From: a virus
Lineage: Duplodnaviria; Heunggongvirae; Uroviricota; Caudoviricetes
DNA: 64,000 nucleotides
IMG/VR virus record: IMGVR_UViG_3300032038_000024
Coordinates: 37,689-101,688 of that record
Strand: one strand, 5' to 3'
Numbering within the stretch: the stretch's first letter is position 1; the number at the start of each line of letters is the position of its first letter. This document shows, in pieces, positions 30,088 to 39,684 of the stretch. The notes below the pieces were generated by a model, which was not told the origin of the DNA, searched no databases, and saw nothing but the letters and a program-made list of their open reading frames with translations. The translations under genes and the position numbers were made by a program.

Positions 30088-30900
30088 ATGATATATATAT
30101 GTAATCATTTAAAAAATCCTAACATTGATATTGATGAAAAATATTTTAAAATTATTAATGTAACTGATTTTGATAATTCCGATGATTTAATTTTACAATC
30201 TCAAAAATATTTTAATGAATTTACAGTTACATATTATATATATAAAAACAAAATATATAATAATGAACCTTGGGTTGGATTTTGTCATTATAGACGTATA
30301 CTAAAATTAAAAGATATTAATATTGAAAGAATATTAAAGAATCATGAATTACAATATTTTTATGAAATGCAATATACTTGGGAACCTGAATATAATAAAC
30401 AATTATATGATTATGAATACCCAAGAATAGCAGAATTTCTGAATAATTTTTCAACTAATGATATGTTTTATAATGATATTTGTGAATATATAAATACTTG
30501 TGGAAGTGAAGAAGATAAAAAACATTTTAAAAATATATGTTCAATAAATAGTTATTATGATGCAAATTTTATTGTAAAATCAATATATATAACTACAATT
30601 GATATTTTTGAACAAATATGCGAATTTATTATAAATTATATACGTTTTATATTTGATAAATATAATATTAATTCATTAGTTGACTTTATATTGCATATTG
30701 ACACAAATATGAAAAATCATCTTAAAGTTTCATCTTATACTATGATACCTGGAAATAATATGAGAATATATGCATATATTATTGAAATATTAACTGGAAT
30801 GTATTGTATGAAATTTGATACATTTAAAACACATCAATATAGATTAGAAATGGGATCATGTTCATGTTATAATGATGAAGCATTTTCTACAGAAGCATAA
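30088..30900 (+). CDS. hypothetical Cys-rich protein; lone + strand gene, moron-like
   Basis: 270-aa ORF, extremely AT-rich, on the opposite strand to its neighbours, ending at a bidirectional terminator. Confidence 0.4.
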   Translation: MIYICNHLKNPNIDIDEKYFKIINVTDFDNSDDLILQSQKYFNEFTVTYYIYKNKIYNNEPWVGFCHYRRILKLKDINIERILKNHELQYFYEMQYTWEPEYNKQLYDYEYPRIAEFLNNFSTNDMFYNDICEYINTCGSEEDKKHFKNICSINSYYDANFIVKSIYITTIDIFEQICEFIINYIRFIFDKYNINSLVDFILHIDTNMKNHLKVSSYTMIPGNNMRIYAYIIEILTGMYCMKFDTFKTHQYRLEMGSCSCYNDEAFSTEA

Positions 30901-30928
30901 AAAAAGCAGCTAGTTAACTAGCTGCCTT
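30901..30928. terminator. bidirectional terminator (palindrome)
   Basis: AAAAAGCAGCTAG-TTAA-CTAGCTGCCTT. Confidence 0.6.
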
Positions 30929-30949
30929 ATTATTTAAGGTATTTATTTT

Positions 30950-33049
30950 TTACTCTACCTCTTCAAATGTTTCCTCCTTAGAGTTGTCCTTCTTTTTGTT
31001 GTCCTTCTTTGTTCCCTTACCTGGTTTTGGATCTTCAGGAGCAGGAAGTTCAGATGTACCCTTTCCAAAGAGTCCCTTAAACTGATCCTTAACACCACTG
31101 TTAATCATATCCAATGCAGGAGCAAAGTTCTGAACGAAGCTCTTAGCAAAGTCAGCACCAGTGTTCTTATCACCGTAAACGGTAACATTACCAAGCTGTA
31201 CGTGTTCAAGTACCTTAGCCTGAGCCTCTGCAATACCCTTATACTGGTCAACCATCTTGTACTGAACAACAAGATCAGGATTACCACCTACAGCTGCAAC
31301 CATTCGTTCAAGAGCCATAGCAGGAGCAAGTTCCTTCTGCTGGATTGCCTCAGCTTCTGCAAGCAAGCTTGCCTTCTTACCTTCAGCCTCAGCCATCAAC
31401 TTATTCTTGGTACCTTCAGCTTCAGCATTCAACTTCATACGAGTTGCTTCTGCCTCAGCTTCAGCCTTTCTCAATACCTGAGCCTTGATTGCCTCAGCCT
31501 CAAGTTCTGCCTTACGCTTAATTGCCTCAGCCTCAATAACTGCCTTTTCTTTAGCCTTTTGTGCTGGAATAATTTCAGTAGCATTCAAGTTTTCCTCAGC
31601 AGCCTTTGCAGCAGCCTTGTTAACTTCCATCTGACGGTCTTGACGAGTCTTCTCGACTGACATCTCAGCTTCAACCTTTGCAGTTTCAGAAACCTTTACG
31701 GCATCTGCTTCAGCTTGACCTGCCTTTGCACGAGCCTGTGCAACTTCAATCTTTGCCATCTGTTCAGCAACACCTGCCTTCTTATCCTGTTCTGCCTTAC
31801 GTTGTCTCTTATTAGATTCATATTCAGCAGCCTTTGCTTCCTTCTCCTGAGTAGCCTTAATTACTTCAGCTTCCTTCTGTTGGTTAGCTTGTGCAATACG
31901 AGTTTGCTTCTTTGCTTCCTGCTCGTTCTCAGTTGCCTCAGCATCTGCCTGAGCAGTTGCAATTGCCTTTGTCTGTTCAGCTTCTGACTTTGCCTTTGCA
32001 GACTCAGCCTCTGCCTTACGTGCAGCCACTGCTGCTACCTTCTTTGCATTTGCCTCAGCTTCCTTAGAAGCAGCCTCAGCATCTGCTGCTGATACATTTG
32101 CAACCTGCTTTGCCTTAGCTGCAGCTTTCTTTGATTCTGCATCAGCCTGAGCTTCTGCAATATTTGCTACCTTTTCAGCTTCCTGAGTTGCAATACCTGA
32201 CTCACGTTCCTTTTCAGCCTCAGCCAATTGGATTTGCTTGTCTCTCTCAATACCAGCAACTTTTACTTCCTGTTCCTGACGTGTCTGATTAACAGTAACC
32301 TGCTTCTCCTTCTCAGCTGCAGCAACAGCAATTTCCTCTTCCTTCTTTGTATTAGCAATCTTTACGTTTCCTTGCTTCTTCTGTTCAGCAATATCTGCCT
32401 CAGCTTCAGCTTGCTTACGAGTTGTTGCTTTCTGACCCATGTTCTTGATATAGTTGGCATCATCAGTAATTTCTGAGATATTGATATTAGTTACATCGTA
32501 ACCTATCTTAACCAACTCCTGCTCAAGATTAGTACGAACCTTTGTCAAGAACTTATCACGGTCAGCATTAATTTCCTCAATAAGCATTGTTGCCATAATA
32601 GCACGAGTCTCACCAATCAAGATTTCTGAAATCTGACCTTGGATTTCACCAGGTGTAGCACTCAAGAAACGAGTTGCGGCATTCTGTTGGATCTCCTTGT
32701 CTCGTGAAATAGCTGTAGTTAATACAACTGGCAAGTGCAACTGAATTGCCTGTGAATCAATACCATCAACTGTCGCCTTAATCTGAATAGGCTTCATTGA
32801 CATCTTTTTGTAATCCTGAATGACAGGCCATACAAACGCACCGCCACCTTGGATAATCTTTGATGGTACTACAATTGTCTGCTGCTTTCCATCTTCTCCT
32901 TGAACTTGGATCTTACCGGACTTACCGAATACAACCAAAAGTTCATCAGGTGCAGAACGACGATAACGAGAAAGAATTCCCCAAACGGTTAGTACAAACA
33001 AAAGTACACCACCACCAATCAAACACAAAGTTAAAATTGTTTCGTTCAT
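30950..33049 (-). CDS. flotillin-like SPFH/band-7 protein (YqiK/FloT type)
   Basis: N-terminal TM helix, an SPFH-like region, then a very long Ala/Glu-rich (AEAEA) coiled coil. GC is locally higher than in surrounding genes. Confidence 0.7.
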   Translation of the reverse strand: MNETILTLCLIGGGVLLFVLTVWGILSRYRRSAPDELLVVFGKSGKIQVQGEDGKQQTIVVPSKIIQGGGAFVWPVIQDYKKMSMKPIQIKATVDGIDSQAIQLHLPVVLTTAISRDKEIQQNAATRFLSATPGEIQGQISEILIGETRAIMATMLIEEINADRDKFLTKVRTNLEQELVKIGYDVTNINISEITDDANYIKNMGQKATTRKQAEAEADIAEQKKQGNVKIANTKKEEEIAVAAAEKEKQVTVNQTRQEQEVKVAGIERDKQIQLAEAEKERESGIATQEAEKVANIAEAQADAESKKAAAKAKQVANVSAADAEAASKEAEANAKKVAAVAARKAEAESAKAKSEAEQTKAIATAQADAEATENEQEAKKQTRIAQANQQKEAEVIKATQEKEAKAAEYESNKRQRKAEQDKKAGVAEQMAKIEVAQARAKAGQAEADAVKVSETAKVEAEMSVEKTRQDRQMEVNKAAAKAAEENLNATEIIPAQKAKEKAVIEAEAIKRKAELEAEAIKAQVLRKAEAEAEATRMKLNAEAEGTKNKLMAEAEGKKASLLAEAEAIQQKELAPAMALERMVAAVGGNPDLVVQYKMVDQYKGIAEAQAKVLEHVQLGNVTVYGDKNTGADFAKSFVQNFAPALDMINSGVKDQFKGLFGKGTSELPAPEDPKPGKGTKKDNKKKDNSKEETFEEVE

Positions 33050-33082
33050 TTAATATAAAAATTTAAGTTAATAAAAAATATG

Positions 33083-33295
33083 TTAATTTAATTCTGTTCC
33101 AAGTTTCGATAATTTATGTTGCTCATCATAACAAGATATCTTATATGCATCATTTAATTTCTTAAAATCATCATCTTCAGATAATCCTTTCTTTAATGCC
33201 CATGTTGCAACATTTACTGAATGTTGAATTTCATCTTTAGTAACCGGAATATCAACACCATTCCATAAAAATTTAATTAATTGCGTAATTGTCAT
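33083..33295 (-). CDS. hypothetical protein
   Basis: 70-aa ORF. Confidence 0.4.
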   Translation of the reverse strand: MTITQLIKFLWNGVDIPVTKDEIQHSVNVATWALKKGLSEDDDFKKLNDAYKISCYDEQHKLSKLGTELN

Positions 33296-33462
33296 ACTTC
33301 GTCAATATTAATCTTATCTAATTGTTTTTTAACGTATTTCAAATTGGAATACATTGAATAATCATACAATAGTTTTGTTCCAATTAGTGCTCCCACTGTA
33401 GCACCCAAGCCAATTACAGTATATTTTACTGGCTTACTCCATATCAGATCCTTTAATGTCAT
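33292..33462 (-). CDS. possible 56-aa single-TM protein (not in the ORF track)
   Basis: ATG at 33462, VIGLGATVGALIGTKLL, ATGA overlap with the next gene. Confidence 0.25.
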   Translation of the reverse strand: MTLKDLIWSKPVKYTVIGLGATVGALIGTKLLYDYSMYSNLKYVKKQLDKINIDEV

Positions 33463-34000
33463 TTTCTAAATGCTTAATAAAAATATTGTTACCCTCTTTT
33501 TCTAATGTTACTTCTGTACCGGGTTCCAATTCATCTCCTGTATAAAATGCTGTTACATTTGTTGTACCTGCAGGTGTATGTGCTTGAACTGAATAAGAAC
33601 CATTTCCTAAATTAATATAGATTGTTCCTTTTGAATTATCAATTAAATCTTCAGGATCTTTTGTAGAATTATTTGCTTTCATTGCTAACTTATAAGCATA
33701 GAATAATGCAATCATTACAATTATACCAATAACAATAGCCCATACAAAATCTCCAAAACTAAATTGTACTTTTCCATCAACAATATTTACTGTATCAGTA
33801 TGTGCACGTGCAAATAAATATGAACTAAAGCCTACTAAAAAATGCAATGCGCCTTTGAAAGAAAAAGCACTTGATGTATCAAAATCACTATCACCATCAA
33901 AGTCAACATCTAAATCTATATCACCAGCAAATAATGAAATTGCTAACTTTACTACAAATAAAGATATAACTGTAATAAATAAAATAGTATACCACGCCAT
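33434..34000 (-). CDS. NfeD-like membrane protein (TM helices plus a C-terminal beta-rich OB-like domain), partner of the SPFH gene
   Basis: Three hydrophobic segments, then GTIYINLGNGSYSVQAHTPAGTTNVTAFYTGDELEPGTEVTLEKEGNNIFIKH; positioned upstream of the flotillin as in yqiJ-yqiK. Confidence 0.45.
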   Translation of the reverse strand: MAWYTILFITVISLFVVKLAISLFAGDIDLDVDFDGDSDFDTSSAFSFKGALHFLVGFSSYLFARAHTDTVNIVDGKVQFSFGDFVWAIVIGIIVMIALFYAYKLAMKANNSTKDPEDLIDNSKGTIYINLGNGSYSVQAHTPAGTTNVTAFYTGDELEPGTEVTLEKEGNNIFIKHLENDIKGSDME

Positions 34001-34012
34001 AATAAATCTTCA

Positions 34013-34237
34013 TTAATTAAATTGTTTTTCAATTTCGCGCAAACGAATTTCAATAGATTTCTTAATCAAATCTTTTACATCATCTGAATATTTTTTATAA
34101 TTAACACCAGCACCATCCCAATCATTATATATAATTCCAATGCTTGTATTAATATTTTTTAAATCTTTTTCTAATTTGATTAATTCATCATGTTCATGAA
34201 TTAACTTTTGTGCGTTTACAAAAAAATTCTTTTCCAT
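34013..34237 (-). CDS. hypothetical protein
   Basis: 74 aa. Confidence 0.4.
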   Translation of the reverse strand: MEKNFFVNAQKLIHEHDELIKLEKDLKNINTSIGIIYNDWDGAGVNYKKYSDDVKDLIKKSIEIRLREIEKQFN

Positions 34238-34271
34238 ATTTTTAAATCATTTGATGATTATAAAATAGAAT

Positions 34272-34547
34272 TTACTGAGAATTATTCAAATTTTCGGAAA
34301 GATATTTTTCAATAAGTTTATTTCTATCTTCAAGCATATTTGCAAACATATCTCCGTATGTATGATCTAACGTTTCATATTTGCTACATTGTGCACCGCT
34401 TTCCCAAATAAAACCTAATAGGCATTTTGAACCATCACGTCCCAATTCAATATATTTTTTATTACGATCATATTCATGCATTAATTTACGAATATCATCA
34501 AAATTCTTTGGACGTTTAACATCTAAATCTAATCTTTGATTTTTCAT
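34272..34547 (-). CDS. hypothetical protein
   Basis: 91 aa. Confidence 0.4.
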   Translation of the reverse strand: MKNQRLDLDVKRPKNFDDIRKLMHEYDRNKKYIELGRDGSKCLLGFIWESGAQCSKYETLDHTYGDMFANMLEDRNKLIEKYLSENLNNSQ

Positions 34548-35041
34548 TATTTAATAAGGTTTAAATCCGACTCTAATAAACATTTACAATGTGTGTACAT
34601 TTGATAACAACAGAACTTAATATGATCTGTATCTGATGCATCAGTTGAATGCATTTCATCATACCATTTCTTGAAATTATTATGAGCATATTTAGTCAAT
34701 AAATCATTATGAAGATTTGACTTATAATTTGCAAAATGAACATCATTATTAATAAATGCATAAATATACTCCATATTTGAAATCATCTGACGAACATCAG
34801 AAGTATTCATATTATCTTCAGGCAATACAACTTGAAGTTTATTATAACATTCATCCCAAAATTCTGGAGTATGCAAAAGATGATCTATACGAAGAATATC
34901 AATAACGATTCTTCCATCTTCAGTTTCACGCCCTGCTTTCTTTAAGGTCTTTTCATCAATGTCGAACTTTTTACAAATCTCATCCTTGCGATCTTGCGAT
35001 AAGTTCTTAAACCATTGTTTATTTCTAAAATTATCTGCCAT
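34547..35041 (-). CDS. hypothetical protein
   Basis: 164 aa. Confidence 0.45.
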   Translation of the reverse strand: MADNFRNKQWFKNLSQDRKDEICKKFDIDEKTLKKAGRETEDGRIVIDILRIDHLLHTPEFWDECYNKLQVVLPEDNMNTSDVRQMISNMEYIYAFINNDVHFANYKSNLHNDLLTKYAHNNFKKWYDEMHSTDASDTDHIKFCCYQMYTHCKCLLESDLNLIK

Positions 35042-35046
35042 TTTAA

Positions 35047-35280
35047 TTAAGGGATTAAAGTCATATCATCAATATGAAGATAATCAATTTCAAAATTATC
35101 TCTATCTGTAATATATGACTTGTAAACATTCTGATAATTTTCTGCAAGCCATTTTTGAAATTCATTAGTCAAATTAAAATTTTCATCATAGATATCTCTC
35201 TTAGGATGATTAGTCTTAAAATGATACTCTGAATATTCAGGATCATAATATTGTCCTGTCTTAATTTCAACTATATTCAT
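35047..35280 (-). CDS. hypothetical protein
   Basis: 77 aa. Confidence 0.4.
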   Translation of the reverse strand: MNIVEIKTGQYYDPEYSEYHFKTNHPKRDIYDENFNLTNEFQKWLAENYQNVYKSYITDRDNFEIDYLHIDDMTLIP

Positions 35281-35459
35281 TTGTTATAAAATTTTGCAAA
35301 AAACTTATTATAATTATTCATCTCAGAACTCTCATTTAGAGTTTTTGTTTGTGGTGTTGGATATCCTTCAGGAAACATCCCACCAGTTTCAATATCAAAT
35401 CCCATTTTCCTCCTTTTCAAATATTTCTGATTTGTCTGCATTCGGAATGAAAAACTCAT
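35277..35459 (-). CDS. possible small coupled ORF (true start may be the ATG at 35405)
   Basis: ATGA overlap with the downstream gene; overlaps the upstream gene end. Confidence 0.2.
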   Translation of the reverse strand: MSFSFRMQTNQKYLKRRKMGFDIETGGMFPEGYPTPQTKTLNESSEMNNYNKFFAKFYNK

Positions 35460-35775
35460 TACCCATATAACTTTGAATACCTATAATTCTTTCATTATCA
35501 ATAATTACTCGAATTGGTTTTCCAACAACATCATTCAATGCTTTAACTCCAACAACCTTAAGAACCTTTGTAATATAATAACCTGCATAATTTGTTGGAT
35601 CTCCGTTTTCAAAATTCTTACGAATATATGGTTCATTTTCATGAGCTAATGACCAACCACCGAGGCAAGTCTTACCACCATTGTCTAAGCTAATCCAAAT
35701 ATCGAGAGTCAAACAACAATGATCTTCAATATAAAGTTTAGCATCTTCAATAACTCCGTATTCCTTTGTAAACAT
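35395..35775 (-). CDS. hypothetical protein
   Basis: ATG at 35775; the track start is TTG. Confidence 0.4.
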   Translation of the reverse strand: MFTKEYGVIEDAKLYIEDHCCLTLDIWISLDNGGKTCLGGWSLAHENEPYIRKNFENGDPTNYAGYYITKVLKVVGVKALNDVVGKPIRVIIDNERIIGIQSYMGNEFFIPNADKSEIFEKEENGI

Positions 35776-35776
35776 A

Positions 35777-35932
35777 TTAATCTTCAAATTCGTTTTCTAC
35801 ATCATAATCAGTTGCAACAGAATCACAAAACTCATCAATTTGGTCAGCAGTAAAATAATTTGATACTTCCTGTAGTACAGTTTCATCTCCGAGGATCTCC
35901 CTCAACTTTTCAAATTTTTCCCAATATTCCAT
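35777..35932 (-). CDS. possible 51-aa acidic ORF (not in the track)
   Basis: MEYWEKFEKLREILGDETVLQEVSNYFTADQIDEFCDSVATDYDVENEFED; TAA followed by ATG coupling. Confidence 0.2.
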   Translation of the reverse strand: MEYWEKFEKLREILGDETVLQEVSNYFTADQIDEFCDSVATDYDVENEFED

Positions 35933-35936
35933 ATTC

Positions 35937-36206
35937 TTAATCTTCTACAAGGTGAATAAATGATAAATCTCGATATTCATAGGGTTTTTTACATTCCTCA
36001 ATGTACATATTGATTATCTCTACAGTTGCAACAACATTGTTACCACCCTTAACATAAGTACCTCTCCAAGTAGCATGAGTAAAATTAAAATTCTCATCAA
36101 TTGAAAATTCTTCTTGAGTCAAATCCCACTGAATACCGCGAGCCTTGTCATAAAGCTTAGTACAAATTTCGCGGCGCTTTGCCTCTTCATCGACAATTTT
36201 CTTCAT
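35937..36206 (-). CDS. hypothetical protein
   Basis: ATG at 36206 (MKKIVDEE); the track start is TTG. Confidence 0.4.
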   Translation of the reverse strand: MKKIVDEEAKRREICTKLYDKARGIQWDLTQEEFSIDENFNFTHATWRGTYVKGGNNVVATVEIINMYIEECKKPYEYRDLSFIHLVED

Positions 36207-36295
36207 ACTACTTTGATTAATAAAGGAAAATAAAAAAGAATAAAAGAAAATAAAACAGCTTTCGTTGTGTAATAACAAATAAAAGAAGATGGGAA

Positions 36296-36601
36296 TTAAC
36301 CCACCTTGACAAACTGTCCCTTTTCATTTCGTGGACGCTTTGGAGCTTCCATTACCAAGTCGAACTCCGTCTCAGTTCCGCGGTACTTACGACCGTCAAG
36401 ATTATATTTCTCAACTGAACCCTCAAATACAGGAGCTACAGCCTTACTTGAGAAACCGATAATTCGGGAACGGTGGTTAACCTTGACAAGCAGCTTACCG
36501 TCAGCAGTAACACAGATGAACTTTACAGGGTTACCCAACTTAGTTGTTGCAGTTTTACCGGCCTTGAACTCGTTCAGATTGAAATAATTGTTTGTCTTCA
36601 T
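36296..36601 (-). CDS. hypothetical protein
   Basis: ATG at 36601; the track start is TTG. Confidence 0.4.
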   Translation of the reverse strand: MKTNNYFNLNEFKAGKTATTKLGNPVKFICVTADGKLLVKVNHRSRIIGFSSKAVAPVFEGSVEKYNLDGRKYRGTETEFDLVMEAPKRPRNEKGQFVKVG

Positions 36602-36632
36602 AATTTTCAAATTTTGTTTGTTATTTTATTAA

Positions 36633-36672
36633 TTACAAATATAATATAGTAAAAGCTGGAATTATTTCAAAT
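36633..36672 (-). promoter_or_regulatory. class-2 promoter-like element TTTGAA-N12-TTTTACTATATTATATTTGTAA
   Basis: Near-identical copies at 45714-45753 and 54534-54572, each 15-25 nt upstream of an ATG. Confidence 0.4.
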
Positions 36673-36680
36673 TCCAGCTT
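36653..36680. terminator. hairpin terminator overlapping the promoter element
   Basis: AAGCTGGAAT-TATTTCAA-ATTCCAGCTT followed by a T-run. Confidence 0.5.
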
Positions 36681-36705
36681 AATTTTTTTAATAATATTTA
36701 GAAAT

Positions 36706-37176
36706 TTATTTAAATTTTTCGTTAGCATATTCAACAAATTTCTTCATCCATTCTTCATCTATTGAAACTAATCTTTCAATTCTATATTGTCCGTAATCAC
36801 CAAGAGCTAAATAATCACCACAAAAAGGTCCATATTGAATATATGTTTCTGTTAATTTTTGTGACCAATTTGATATTTGTAATCCAAAATGATTTTTATC
36901 TATAAATACAAATTTATTATTTTTATCATAATCAGTCATTTCCCATTCTTCAGCATCAGATCTATGTTTATTTGAAATATTAGATACTTTTCCAATTCTA
37001 TAGTTTAATTTTGAATGATTAAATATATATAATTTATCACCTTTTTTTAATTTATCCCATAAAGTATAATCAAATTCTTTAATTTCTTTTTTATTTTCTT
37101 TAACAAAACTTTCAATTAAATTGTTTAATTGACTTAACTTTATTCCTTCATTAATATATGTTACTATGTTCTTCAT
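36706..37176 (-). CDS. hypothetical protein with the shared N-terminal motif (MKNIVTYINE)
   Basis: 156 aa. Confidence 0.45.
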   Translation of the reverse strand: MKNIVTYINEGIKLSQLNNLIESFVKENKKEIKEFDYTLWDKLKKGDKLYIFNHSKLNYRIGKVSNISNKHRSDAEEWEMTDYDKNNKFVFIDKNHFGLQISNWSQKLTETYIQYGPFCGDYLALGDYGQYRIERLVSIDEEWMKKFVEYANEKFK

Positions 37177-37182
37177 AAATAA

Positions 37183-37689
37183 TTAATATCTATTTGTAAC
37201 TATTATTGTGTCTTTATTATTCTTGAATTTTTCTTTTACTTTATCAAGACCTAATTGCATATCATCAATAACTTTTTCAGGTATATGTTCTTTACGACGA
37301 TCTTTACAAATTTCTTTAGGAGTATCAATAATGATTATTTGAACATTAGCATTAGCTTTCTTTAATTTATCATAATAATTTTGTACTCTTCCTGCTTTAA
37401 TATTTGTATTATCAATAACAAAATCTCTTCTATCTTTAATTGCTTTATCAATTCGTTCTAAACAAATTCTTGTAACTTCCTTTTCTTGTTCTGAATTACC
37501 AATTGCTTTATGGTTGTCATCCTTCATTATACCAAGTTCAACTCTAATTGAATCTTGGTTTATAATTTCGATATTCTTTGGAAGTTCTTCTTTAATATAT
37601 GTTGACTTACCTGAACCTGGAAGCCCGCACATAATCCAAACATTAAATGGATTTTGTTTTTCAAATATATAAGCTATTAATGATTTCAT
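37183..37689 (-). CDS. polynucleotide 5'-kinase (T4 Pnk kinase-domain homolog), with the shared N-terminal motif
   Basis: CGLPGSGKST (T4 GCPGSGKST), INQDSIR (INRDDYR), IDNTNIKAGR (SDTNLNPERR). N-terminus MKSLIAYIFE. Confidence 0.6.
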   Translation of the reverse strand: MKSLIAYIFEKQNPFNVWIMCGLPGSGKSTYIKEELPKNIEIINQDSIRVELGIMKDDNHKAIGNSEQEKEVTRICLERIDKAIKDRRDFVIDNTNIKAGRVQNYYDKLKKANANVQIIIIDTPKEICKDRRKEHIPEKVIDDMQLGLDKVKEKFKNNKDTIIVTNRY

Positions 37690-38891
37690 TTTTCTAATTC
37701 AAATCTTGTTCCTAAAGCTTGATTCATTGGTGCAAAAGATCCAGTCATTTTAAGACGACGTCCTTTATACATAATTACAATACCTTCTGCTGCATTATAT
37801 TTATCACCAAGAGCTTTAAGTCTATTTAATGATTTTTCTAATGTTGCCTTTGCTTTAACTGAATCTGATTTTTCAACTTCTTCAACAGTTGCTTCTAAAT
37901 CTGCTTTAAGAGATTTAATAATTGAATCTTTTGCACCTGAATTAACAAAGCCATCTAATAAATCAATTAATTCATTTCCAATTGCTAAGAAAAGATTATC
38001 CATAGGTTCCATAATCTTACCTACAACTTCTTTTCTTAAATCTTTATCAAGTAATGCAATTTCATCTTTATGTTCAGGATAACGTTTTTTCAATTCTGTT
38101 GCTTTAACTGATTTGTCATCATTACACATTCTATTGAATATGTCGTCATCATCTTTACACCAATCAGGAGCAAATTTCTTATATCTTACTTTTTTCCATT
38201 CTTCAATTGAAACATCAGGTTTTAAACCTTCATCTTCCCAAAGCTTAGATATTGCTTTTGTAAACTTTTCAGCAAATTTAATACCTTCTTCTGCTGATTT
38301 AATTACAAGATTAGGACGTGGCTTTGCAGCATCAATACCTTCTGCTGCTTTATATATATCATCAACATGTCCTTCAACATCTTCAACTTCTTTATATTTA
38401 CCATCAACTAATTCATATATTTTATAACCATGAAATGCTACTCTATCTGTTGCATAAGGCATAACATTTGTTTTACCAGCAATAATACATTCACAATTAA
38501 TTAATTTACGATGAGTTGAATCTGGATTAAAGAAATCTTTACCAAGTTTATTGAATATCTTAGTAATGATTTCGCCTGATTGTACGAATACTTTTTTCTG
38601 ATGCTCACGTTCACCCCATTTTTCTACCATGTCATCAATAGACATACCACCTTTTTCTGAATTTAAATTACCAATATTACGAACAAACACAACTTCTCCT
38701 TTGTCGTTCATTGTAGCCATAATATTAAATCCATCAAGTTTTTCTTTAAGGTTTTCAATTTTACCTTTGAATAATGAATCCACCAAATCAATTAAATCAT
38801 TGGCAGTGAAATCTGTATAATCAAATGGATGTGCCATGTGGCCTGCTTGACCACCTTCAAAAAGCATTATATATCTTTGTAAATCTAACAT
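37686..38891 (-). CDS. ATP-dependent RNA ligase (Rnl1-like)
   Basis: Nucleotidyltransferase motif I EKLDGFN (KxDG); helical C-terminal domain; adjacent to the Pnk kinase gene. Confidence 0.55.
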   Translation of the reverse strand: MLDLQRYIMLFEGGQAGHMAHPFDYTDFTANDLIDLVDSLFKGKIENLKEKLDGFNIMATMNDKGEVVFVRNIGNLNSEKGGMSIDDMVEKWGEREHQKKVFVQSGEIITKIFNKLGKDFFNPDSTHRKLINCECIIAGKTNVMPYATDRVAFHGYKIYELVDGKYKEVEDVEGHVDDIYKAAEGIDAAKPRPNLVIKSAEEGIKFAEKFTKAISKLWEDEGLKPDVSIEEWKKVRYKKFAPDWCKDDDDIFNRMCNDDKSVKATELKKRYPEHKDEIALLDKDLRKEVVGKIMEPMDNLFLAIGNELIDLLDGFVNSGAKDSIIKSLKADLEATVEEVEKSDSVKAKATLEKSLNRLKALGDKYNAAEGIVIMYKGRRLKMTGSFAPMNQALGTRFELEK

Positions 38892-38893
38892 AA

Positions 38894-39352
38894 TTAACTA
38901 ATTCTTGATTTAATTTCTGATAATTTAGTTTTTGGTGGAAAAGTTATTTTTGCTTTTTCTAATCTTTCATCAGTATGTTCGCTATATGTCTTTCCTTTAT
39001 TTAAATAATCGCTAAGTGTGTCTGCATCATTCATTAAGTCTCCATCATAAGGTTCTTCTTCTTTTGAAATACCATGTCCATTACCTCTACCTCCACCTAT
39101 AATAGTATTCAAATAAAATTTTTGTGCTGATGCATGACCTTGGTCATACCCTAATGTATACCAAGCGTAATTTCTAAATACAACGATATCTTTAGACTTA
39201 TCGTCAGGATAACATACTAATGAATATTTCATTTTAGGATCTAACCTATGAGCCCATCGGTCTTTAATTTTTATCCACCCAAAAGACCAACCTTTACAAT
39301 CAGAAAAAACAATTTTTTTACTTTCTGTTATATATTCATTAATATTCTTCAT
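38894..39352 (-). CDS. hypothetical protein with the shared N-terminal motif (MKNINEYITE)
   Basis: 152 aa. Confidence 0.45.
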   Translation of the reverse strand: MKNINEYITESKKIVFSDCKGWSFGWIKIKDRWAHRLDPKMKYSLVCYPDDKSKDIVVFRNYAWYTLGYDQGHASAQKFYLNTIIGGGRGNGHGISKEEEPYDGDLMNDADTLSDYLNKGKTYSEHTDERLEKAKITFPPKTKLSEIKSRIS

Positions 39353-39363
39353 ACAATATTAAA

Positions 39364-39684
39364 TTATTTTTGCAATGTTTGTGCAATACAAAATGATATA
39401 TCTGCTGCATTCAAATTCTTCATATCAACACATTCTTCCCAACCAAAATGTTTAACTATTTTTACTAAATCATTTTGATTAAGTTCTTTCATATAATCAA
39501 ATAAGAATTGCCCAGCAGCAAACCAAACTTCTTTATCTTTACCAGTATATTTTTCTTCGTCAGAATCCCATTTACAATCAGGATGTTCACTTGATAACTG
39601 ATTGATAATTGTTTGTATCATTTCAACACAACCTGCACCAGTTGTTTTCTTTTCTTCATTTATATATTCATTAATTGACTTCAT
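39364..39684 (-). CDS. hypothetical protein with the shared N-terminal motif (MKSINEYINE)
   Basis: 106 aa. Confidence 0.45.
   Translation of the reverse strand: MKSINEYINEEKKTTGAGCVEMIQTIINQLSSEHPDCKWDSDEEKYTGKDKEVWFAAGQFLFDYMKELNQNDLVKIVKHFGWEECVDMKNLNAADISFCIAQTLQK

Noticed and set aside
31202-32476. Several + strand ORFs (31202..31660, 31715..31987, 32228..32476, 32860..33066) inside the flotillin gene
   Set aside because: They are Leu/Ser/Cys-rich translations of the antisense of a GC-rich Ala/Glu-codon coding region, the classic shadow-ORF pattern. The − strand gene has a coherent SPFH plus coiled-coil architecture.
33050-33082. Promoter element immediately upstream of the flotillin start
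   Set aside because: The TATA-like sequence lies only 2 nt from the ATG, which leaves no room for a transcription start and leader. It is more likely within-operon spacer.
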